Shown: positions 57,061 to 64,000 of the stretch, piece by piece | Numbering within the stretch: the stretch's first letter is position 1 | Layout: each line of letters starts with the position of its first letter | Position numbers and translations under genes: made by a program | Notes under the pieces: generated by a model | Told to the model about the DNA's origin: nothing | The model's database searches: none | The model's input: the letters and a program-made list of their open reading frames with translations, nothing else | Assembly: GCA_020057295.1 (NCBI GenBank) | Contig: JAGVGF010000005.1 | Coordinates: 60,357-124,356 of the forward strand | From: an archaeon | Lineage (GTDB): Archaea; Nanobdellota; Nanobdellia; Woesearchaeales; UBA9642 | Direction of reading: 5' to 3' | DNA: 64,000 nucleotides

Positions 57061-58521
57061 TTACCTCTCGAATCCTCCATTAAGCCAATCATCGTCACCA
57101 CAACAACCATCATAACCATTTGATGCTGATCTATAAGCAGAATTAATTCCTGTTGAAATATAACCATTATTATTAACTGAAGCATATGAAGAAATGTAAT
57201 TACTTGATGGACATATTCCTTTGTATATTAAATCTGATTGTAAATTATAACAGTCCGGATCTTCCATATCTATCAGACTATCATAATCATTATCATATTC
57301 ATCATTACAGGCATTTGGTATCTCTAATTTTGTTATAAAATCAATATTTTCTCTAGTATCTAATACTGTTCCAGTCATTGTCGTTTGGGAAGCTGTTCCT
57401 GCACCACCATCTGATCCTCCTTCACTCCAATCACATCCATCATAGTGTCTCCCACCACCTGCACCGCTTTTTAAGAAAAATATTAAAGGAGATATTCCTG
57501 ATATGTCAATATGCGTCATATCTATTTTAGGATCTATTTTTTGTGCGCTAAATATTATAGTTCCTCCGTTCCCTCCTCCTCCACCGCCACCAGTACCACC
57601 ATGATCTGTAGATGATCCACAATCACAATCTTCTCCGCCACCTGCACCACCAGATCTTCCTGCACCACCATTGGCTTGATATTGTCCTGTTCCATTAATT
57701 ATTACAGCAAAAATTGATAGCGCTCCACCGCCACCACCGCCACCGCCACCAGTACCTGTATTACCCCATTCTCCTGAACTATCACACGCATCTTCTCCTC
57801 TCTGTCCATAACTTCCACTCTCTCCTTCGACAGACAAAACACCATAATTATTTAGTACTTCTTTAACATTTAAATTTACGTTGGCACCTGCCTTTCCTCC
57901 TGCACCACCCGCTTTATTTCCCCCATGACAATCAGCACTTCCACAACCGTTATGATCTCCGCCACCTTTCGTGCCTGCCTTTAGTTTGGCACCGCCTGTA
58001 CCTCCAGCTCCACCTGCACCACCAGAATCTTCTTTGTCTCCGCCTGTTCCTGCAGAACCTCCACCGCCAGAGGAAGCTAAGGAATTATAAAACCATAATT
58101 TTGCTGCGGCATTAATTGTTAAATTTTTAAAATAATAATTTACGGTTGTGTCTTTACCAGTATCTATATTTTGCGATGAGGAAACAATACATGCTGCAGA
58201 TAATTTTGTCTGATCTTCGGAAGTAATACACATTCCTCCATCACAATAAATACCTCTTTGTGTAGTACATTGACTTGGTGTTATCCCCACATAACAATAT
58301 CCATTTTCACAAGTATATCCCGTATCGCACGCATCTCCAGGATCTGTCCAATCAGGAGCACAATATCCTCCGGTTCTACATTCAGAACTATCATCGTGCA
58401 TAACTATTCCACACGCGCTAGAATCATAACATACTCCTTCCGGACAAGAACCGGCAATAGCATAAACCGCAACAGGAATTAACAGAATACAACCTATTAA
58501 TAGCACCCACCCTTTATTCAT
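57061..58521 (-). CDS. secreted Gly/Cys-rich protein A ending in CGDDDWLNGGFER
   Basis: Signal peptide, poly-Gly GGGGG.GG repeats and CNDEYDNDYDSLIDMEDPDC. Confidence 0.8.
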   Translation of the reverse strand: MNKGWVLLIGCILLIPVAVYAIAGSCPEGVCYDSSACGIVMHDDSSECRTGGYCAPDWTDPGDACDTGYTCENGYCYVGITPSQCTTQRGIYCDGGMCITSEDQTKLSAACIVSSSQNIDTGKDTTVNYYFKNLTINAAAKLWFYNSLASSGGGGSAGTGGDKEDSGGAGGAGGTGGAKLKAGTKGGGDHNGCGSADCHGGNKAGGAGGKAGANVNLNVKEVLNNYGVLSVEGESGSYGQRGEDACDSSGEWGNTGTGGGGGGGGGALSIFAVIINGTGQYQANGGAGRSGGAGGGEDCDCGSSTDHGGTGGGGGGGNGGTIIFSAQKIDPKIDMTHIDISGISPLIFFLKSGAGGGRHYDGCDWSEGGSDGGAGTASQTTMTGTVLDTRENIDFITKLEIPNACNDEYDNDYDSLIDMEDPDCYNLQSDLIYKGICPSSNYISSYASVNNNGYISTGINSAYRSASNGYDGCCGDDDWLNGGFER

Positions 58522-58660
58522 ATTGCTTTCTCAAGGTTTTTTTAATATAAATCTTTCGATTTTCAAGCATAAAATATGCTTAAATAACTTCTATCTGGGT
58601 TGTAATGATATACACCTTTATATATTAAAAAGTATTACTCGTTTTATGGAAGGTGCTAAT

Positions 58661-60829
58661 ATGAAGAAAATATTGTTTATCATGTTATTAATTATAGGTC
58701 TAGCAGGATTAACTGCATGTAACATTAATACTGCTCCTGAACCAACCAATACTATAAATACCTTTTCTAATCTTACAAGTTCTCAGGATTTAAAAAAATT
58801 CAATAATATTGACGAATTCAGATCTTTTCTGTCTTCGCAATCTCCTGATCAAGTTCAAAATACTCGTGGAGGAATGATGTTTAAAAGTTTAGGTGCATCA
58901 GTAGATATGGTGCAGTCAAATTCGGAAGTCGCACCTGCTGCTAGTGGAGCAAATGATTATTCGCAAACAAATGTACAAATTCGAGGTGTTGATGAAGCAG
59001 ATTTTGTAAAAAATGATGATAAATATATTTATATGATTGCAGATAATAAACTAATTATAATAGATGCAATTAGTGGAAAAGATAGTAAGATTGTTTCGGA
59101 AACAAATTTGTTAGATAAAAAGGTTCAACAATCTACTGTTAAAGAATTATTTTTGAATAATAATCAAGTGATTGTTTTTTTAGATTCTTATAGTAAAACA
59201 TATTATTTTGAAAAATATAATATTATGCCTATAGAAACCTACACGCAAAACACGTTAGCTTATGTTTATGATGTTACTGATAAAGTAAATCCTAGACTAA
59301 TACAAACATACACTATTAGTGGCGCATATTATGATTCTAGAATGATTAATGATACAGTATATATTATTAGTCAAGATAATCTTTATGACTTCATACATTA
59401 TAATGGTCCGATGATTACATATGCAGAAAAATCTATAAGACCTACAATTTATTATTTTGATAATCCTGAGCAAAATTATCAGATGAATACCATTACTTCA
59501 ATTAATTTGGATAATAAGGAAGTTGTTGATAGTGAATCATTTATGCTTGGCTACGGTAGCACGTTAATGGTTTCTGAAGATAATATCTACATCGCATATC
59601 AAAAGCAAAGATATTGGTGTTGGAGCTGGAGATGTACTACACAAGAAAACGATAATAAAGAGAGATTTATGGAAGTAATTCTTCCAAGATTACAAGGAGA
59701 GATTAAAGATAAGATAACAGCAATTGTTAATAAGAATCTTGATGCTGAGACAGAATGGAAAGATATATCTACAGAGTTCTCAAAATTTTACACAGACTTA
59801 AAAGATAATGAAAGTGCGCAGGATAAATATGATGAGATGTTTGGCAACATAGAAACTGCACTTAGTGAATATGATGCAAAAAAAGCCATAGAAAATAGTA
59901 AAACAATAATACATAAAATAAGTATTAATAAAGGATTAATAGAATATTCTGGTAAGGGTTCTGTTGATGGAAGATTATTAAATCAATTCTCAATGGACGA
60001 ATATAATAAAAATTTACGTGTAGCTACGAGTGTAGATTTGTGGTTAAATGGTGGAAGAAAGCAATATAATAATGTGTATGTACTAAATAATGATATGAAT
60101 ATTGTTGGTAGTTTAAAAAATCTTGCTGAGAATGAATCGATATATAGTACAAGATTTATGGGAGATAAATTGTTCTTGGTAACATTTAAACAGATTGATC
60201 CTTTCTTTGTAATAAATTTGAGTGATCCATCAAATCCTAAAGTTTTAGGATATTTAAAGATTCCAGGATATAGCTCATATCTTCATCCAATAAATAATAC
60301 CCTAATCGTTGGTGTTGGTAAAGAAACGGGAGAAAATGAGAATGGTGGAACAATAACTACGGGTGTTAAGATATCTTTATTTGATGTGAGTGATTTTAAT
60401 AATCCTAAAGAAGTAGATAAATATGAGATAGGATTACAAGGAACAGATAGTCCTATATTATATGATCATAAGGCATTCTTATACAGTTCTACAAAAAATA
60501 TTTTAGTAATTCCTGTTACAGAGATAACTTCTAAAATAAAGAGTGGAGAGTATAGTTATAAAACAACAGTATGGAATGGTGCTTACGTTTTTAAGGTGAG
60601 TGCTGAAGGATTTTATCTATCTGGAAAAGTAAGACATTCCAGTGCTGAAACACAATATTATTACTGGTTTAATCAAGCAAGTGTAAGAAGAAGTCTATAT
60701 TTAGATAACAACCTATTTACAATATCATCTAAATACGTTAAAGTAAATGATTTGAACAACAGTTTAGCAGATTTAAACACAATACTGTTGCCATACAGTG
60801 ACGAAAACCCTTATCCTTTACTACGTTAA
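58661..60829 (+). CDS. secreted beta-propeller-domain lipoprotein (Beta_propel family)
   Basis: Lipobox LTAC. YSQTNVQIRGVDEADFVKND, LNQFSMDEY, IYSTRF, LVTFKQIDP, LKIPGYSSYLHP. Confidence 0.9.
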   Translation: MKKILFIMLLIIGLAGLTACNINTAPEPTNTINTFSNLTSSQDLKKFNNIDEFRSFLSSQSPDQVQNTRGGMMFKSLGASVDMVQSNSEVAPAASGANDYSQTNVQIRGVDEADFVKNDDKYIYMIADNKLIIIDAISGKDSKIVSETNLLDKKVQQSTVKELFLNNNQVIVFLDSYSKTYYFEKYNIMPIETYTQNTLAYVYDVTDKVNPRLIQTYTISGAYYDSRMINDTVYIISQDNLYDFIHYNGPMITYAEKSIRPTIYYFDNPEQNYQMNTITSINLDNKEVVDSESFMLGYGSTLMVSEDNIYIAYQKQRYWCWSWRCTTQENDNKERFMEVILPRLQGEIKDKITAIVNKNLDAETEWKDISTEFSKFYTDLKDNESAQDKYDEMFGNIETALSEYDAKKAIENSKTIIHKISINKGLIEYSGKGSVDGRLLNQFSMDEYNKNLRVATSVDLWLNGGRKQYNNVYVLNNDMNIVGSLKNLAENESIYSTRFMGDKLFLVTFKQIDPFFVINLSDPSNPKVLGYLKIPGYSSYLHPINNTLIVGVGKETGENENGGTITTGVKISLFDVSDFNNPKEVDKYEIGLQGTDSPILYDHKAFLYSSTKNILVIPVTEITSKIKSGEYSYKTTVWNGAYVFKVSAEGFYLSGKVRHSSAETQYYYWFNQASVRRSLYLDNNLFTISSKYVKVNDLNNSLADLNTILLPYSDENPYPLLR

Positions 60830-60871
60830 TCACAAAAAATATAAACTAGTAAAGTTATTTTATTTTTTTAG

Positions 60872-61345
60872 ATGAACCAAAAAAGTTATTCTACAATTTA
60901 TTACATTTTTAGAGATGGTGCTAGAAGATTTTTGAGTGATACAATAAATGCGTTGCATGAAGAGCAAATAGCTGAATGGGAGAAAAAAATTAATGTTTTA
61001 GGTCAAACCATAGTCGGTAAGATTAATGAAACTAATCAAGATGATGAAATAGTATATGAGGGTGCTACATGGATTAAATATCCTAGAAAGTATAGGAACG
61101 ATATATTTTTTTCAATATCTCCTTTTAAAAAAGGTTTTCGCGGAAAGGCAGTTCTTTCATTAAGACAACAACATAATGGTGTCCCTGACGATAATATAGA
61201 AGTAATATTACAAACAACAGATAGATATTTATCAGTTATTGCTGAAGATGCTATAAGAGAATTTAATGCAAGAGAACACGGAGCGTTTGTAATCAAACAT
61301 TATGATGGTTCTAGAATGACAGATATAAAATATGGAAGAGGGTAA
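60872..61345 (+). CDS. hypothetical protein
   Basis: 157-aa ORF that fits the gap exactly. Confidence 0.6.
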   Translation: MNQKSYSTIYYIFRDGARRFLSDTINALHEEQIAEWEKKINVLGQTIVGKINETNQDDEIVYEGATWIKYPRKYRNDIFFSISPFKKGFRGKAVLSLRQQHNGVPDDNIEVILQTTDRYLSVIAEDAIREFNAREHGAFVIKHYDGSRMTDIKYGRG

Positions 61346-62032
61346 CTATCTTACTTTATCTCTCCTGAAATCTTCTTTTTTTATTAGTTGTAATAATTCT
61401 TTTTCATGACCTGCTCCAATAACAACCAATATTTTCTTTTCAATGTTTTTCGACATAATATTATAAATATTTTTAGCCATTACTTCATTACGTTCTTCAA
61501 TCAATACTTGATAGATGCTCGGATATCTGTCTTTAACTTGTAACATTAATTTGTTTATTAGCGCATTTTCTGGAACTTCATTTAAGTTAATATGCATTTT
61601 TTTACCAAATGGTGCTTTAAAAATATCAATGACTAGACGTATTTTTTCTTTAAAAGTAAAAGTTTTGGAAAATCTTTTTAATGTTATATCTATATTTTGA
61701 TCAATTAGTTGTAATTCTTTATTATTTGTTCTCGCAAGATTTACTGCTGTTAGCATATCACTTCCTGGCTTAATTCCGACAACGTTTCCGAGTTTTTCTT
61801 GAATATATCCTCCAATAACTGCAAATAAATAGCCTTGAAGTCCATAATGTTTAATTCCTTTTAGAGATCTATCTGGTTTCTGATTTGTTAATAAGGCATG
61901 TAATCTTTTATGATCTAATTCTACGCAGACAATGTCGGGATTTAAATTATTAAATGTTTTTGTTATAGTATCAATAGAACCTTTTGCTATATGTGATGTT
62001 CCTATAATTGTCGTATTTTTATATGTTAACAT
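61346..62032 (-). CDS. TraB/PrgY (GumN) family protein
   Basis: IIGTSH, PDIVCVELD, PGSDM, LIEERNEVMA, VIGAGH. Confidence 0.9.
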   Translation of the reverse strand: MLTYKNTTIIGTSHIAKGSIDTITKTFNNLNPDIVCVELDHKRLHALLTNQKPDRSLKGIKHYGLQGYLFAVIGGYIQEKLGNVVGIKPGSDMLTAVNLARTNNKELQLIDQNIDITLKRFSKTFTFKEKIRLVIDIFKAPFGKKMHINLNEVPENALINKLMLQVKDRYPSIYQVLIEERNEVMAKNIYNIMSKNIEKKILVVIGAGHEKELLQLIKKEDFRRDKVR

Positions 62033-62062
62033 AGTATTAAGAATTCGTTCCTATTTTTATGT

Positions 62063-62434
62063 TTATCTAAGTTTAAATGGTGTTTGCTCTAGTTTCTTTT
62101 CTAAAGCTTGTTTAGAAGCAGCTACAATACAAATTATTTGTGAACCTGCTCGTTTAGGTTGTGATTGTAAGTCTACAGCCATATCGGCATCAGTAATCAT
62201 AATCTCTATTCCCTCAACATCAAAATGTTGTTCCACATCTTTAGGAGTAACTATTTGTGCAGAATGTATATAAAATTTCGAGGATTCTAGTTGTAATAAT
62301 ATTTTTTGAATATTTTCCTCGTGCGTTTTATACACTCTTAACTGATCTGATAAATATTGAAAAGAAACTTCGCATGCGCGCTCTTGTTCTTGCAAAATTT
62401 TATACACATAATATTCTGCCATTAAAACCTTCAT
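62063..62434 (-). CDS. hypothetical protein
   Basis: 123-aa ORF co-oriented with its neighbours. Confidence 0.55.
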   Translation of the reverse strand: MKVLMAEYYVYKILQEQERACEVSFQYLSDQLRVYKTHEENIQKILLQLESSKFYIHSAQIVTPKDVEQHFDVEGIEIMITDADMAVDLQSQPKRAGSQIICIVAASKQALEKKLEQTPFKLR

Positions 62435-62451
62435 TAATAATATAATTATAA

Positions 62452-62486
62452 CCCGAGTAAAGCCAAGAATCTCGGCCTTACTCAGG
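62452..62486 (-). other. GC-rich intergenic RNA hairpin (minus-strand transcript)
   Basis: Minus strand reads CCUGAGUAAGGCCGAGA-U-UCUUGGCUUUACUCGGG. All arm mismatches are G-U on this strand. Confidence 0.6.
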
Positions 62487-62512
62487 AAAAAGAGGTGAGT
62501 TAGCGTAATTTT

Positions 62513-62947
62513 TTATAAATTAGATATTAGTGCTTGAAATGTATCTTTATACATCATATTAAATACTTCTTTTGAGAAATGATATCTCTCACCAGCAATA
62601 GGAAGATTAAATTGCCCGTCTATGTTGTTATAATATCTTTCTGCTTCTCCGAATCCTTCAACACTTCTTAAGACTTCTGCATGTGCTCTTCTTTTTTCTA
62701 CTAAAACTCCTCTGAACGGATGTTTAAGTGTTCTGTTTTTTGAATATAAAATAAAATTTATATGATCCATAGAATATCCTTCTTCAGTCTGTGTGATTAT
62801 TCTTACTTCAGGTATTAACAATCCGTAATCGGTTTTTACTCCTGTTTCTTGACGAGCAAACTTTCCAATAGAAACTAGTTTAGTTTCACTGTCAAGAACA
62901 TCTCCTAAATCTCCTGCTATATCGCCAATAATAATGCTTTTGTTCAT
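62513..62947 (-). CDS. hypothetical protein
   Basis: ORF with an AGGTG RBS before MNKSIII. Confidence 0.6.
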   Translation of the reverse strand: MNKSIIIGDIAGDLGDVLDSETKLVSIGKFARQETGVKTDYGLLIPEVRIITQTEEGYSMDHINFILYSKNRTLKHPFRGVLVEKRRAHAEVLRSVEGFGEAERYYNNIDGQFNLPIAGERYHFSKEVFNMMYKDTFQALISNL

Positions 62948-62979
62948 GTAACACACCTATAATCACATAATTCAATAAT

Positions 62980-63771
62980 TTATTTTCTTTTCCAAACCAT
63001 TTCGAAGAATCCTTTTATGGATTCTGCAAAGAAGGATGTTTCTATCCATACAGCTACATCATATGTAGGATGTACATCCTTATCGTTTGTTATAAAGAAT
63101 AATAATTTATCATTATCTACTAATATAAATCTTGATTTAATATCTGTGAAATTCTTTACTTCGACAATTCCTTTTAATTCCTTCTCTAATTTTTCGGTTT
63201 CTTTATTGTGAGGAACTAATATTTTTATTGAAACTCCCCTATCGGATGCTTTCTTTAATGTTTTTTCTAGATGTAAAATTTTTCTGATCATCCCGTCAGC
63301 AGAAGTCATTATATATACTGATTTATCTGCTTTTTTAATCATACTTTCCATATAATCATAAACGTTATCTCTGTTCTTAATCATTCCTACAAGATCTGTT
63401 GGTTCTACCATATCAATTCCTGTTGTATGTAATTGTGTTAATTGTTCAAGAACATCGGATTTTCTTAACTCATCCATTGATAATTCTTGTCTTACAGATT
63501 CCTGTTGTATTTTTTTCTTAATTATATCAATAACTTCAGTTGGTGAAATTGCCATATATTTTATAGGTTTGCCAAGCTTCATCATAACAAATCCTTTCTT
63601 CTCAAGTGATTCTAAAACATCATATGTTCTTGATCTTGGAACATTAGAAATATCTGATAATTCTCCTGCGCTTGAAATTCCTCTTGAAAGAAGAGCTGTC
63701 CAAATCTTAGCTTCGTAGCTGTTTAAACCGAAATCTTTTATTTTTTTTAATAAATCTGCTTGTACGATCAT
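62980..63771 (-). CDS. TrmB-family (TrmBL2-like) regulator, paralogue of 25438-26256
   Basis: GLNSYEAKIWTALLSRG...VPRSRTYDVLESLEKKGFV and DVHPTYDV shared with the first copy. Confidence 0.9.
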   Translation of the reverse strand: MIVQADLLKKIKDFGLNSYEAKIWTALLSRGISSAGELSDISNVPRSRTYDVLESLEKKGFVMMKLGKPIKYMAISPTEVIDIIKKKIQQESVRQELSMDELRKSDVLEQLTQLHTTGIDMVEPTDLVGMIKNRDNVYDYMESMIKKADKSVYIMTSADGMIRKILHLEKTLKKASDRGVSIKILVPHNKETEKLEKELKGIVEVKNFTDIKSRFILVDNDKLLFFITNDKDVHPTYDVAVWIETSFFAESIKGFFEMVWKRK

Positions 63772-64000
63772 TTTGTAACCCCCAACTGTAAAATATATTA
63801 AAATAATTATTTTGTTACTTCTGGAAAGTAAATAGTATTTATAAATGTTTTTATTTTGTTGTTATTGTTAAGTGAGAACTAATTTTTCTTTAAATTGAAA
63901 ATATTTACTTCTATAAAAAAACAAGTAGATCAAGAATAAAAAATTAAGACACACCCTTATTACGTATAGAAAATAAATTTAAGCTTAAAAGTTGTTCTTT

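Noticed and set aside
57013-57066. AG|GTAAGA at the end of gene A, resembling a splice donor that could join A to B
   Set aside because: Archaea have no spliceosome. The A' copy lacks it, I saw no bulge-helix-bulge, and B has its own intact signal peptide.
49450-57111. Shared A/A' ends as a shufflon or recombination site
   Set aside because: Differences fall mostly at synonymous positions, no recombinase is nearby, and both copies end in a stop. Protein-level constraint fits better, though this is not fully excluded.
58523-58660. N-terminal extension of the beta-propeller protein
   Set aside because: The lipoprotein signal begins at ATG 58661 after an AGGTG RBS. The upstream part is a divergent promoter region.

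Overview
Strongly AT-rich archaeal DNA, most consistent with a DPANN lineage such as Woesearchaeota. This is inferred from an archaeal histone, Pelota, RFC small subunit, Hef, archaeal-type PheRS, two TrmB-family proteins, GGTGA-type ribosome-binding sites and DPANN-style class III pilins. The left part carries stress genes (TrxR-AhpC-VIT1, Csp, TerC) and two RelE toxin-antitoxin modules. It also has a candidate defence island: four translationally coupled winged-helix proteins ending in a HEPN-like domain, then MazG and a DUF2075 nuclease-helicase. The middle is mostly housekeeping and includes an ArmA/RmtB-like 16S methyltransferase next to pelota. From about 28.9 to 60.8 kb is a large surface-structure locus: type IV pilus ATPase, two platform proteins, seven class III signal-peptide proteins, a paralogous lipoprotein array and four secreted Cys-rich proteins. 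The most striking observation is in those four secreted proteins. Three stop right after an NGGF(E/N) motif, normally the first strand of a CBM4/9-like jelly-roll. Two contain such a jelly-roll lacking that strand. This suggests a modular adhesin assembled by donor-strand complementation with interchangeable tips. No rRNA, tRNA, CRISPR array or transposase was recognised. All family calls are from motif recognition by eye, not database searches.
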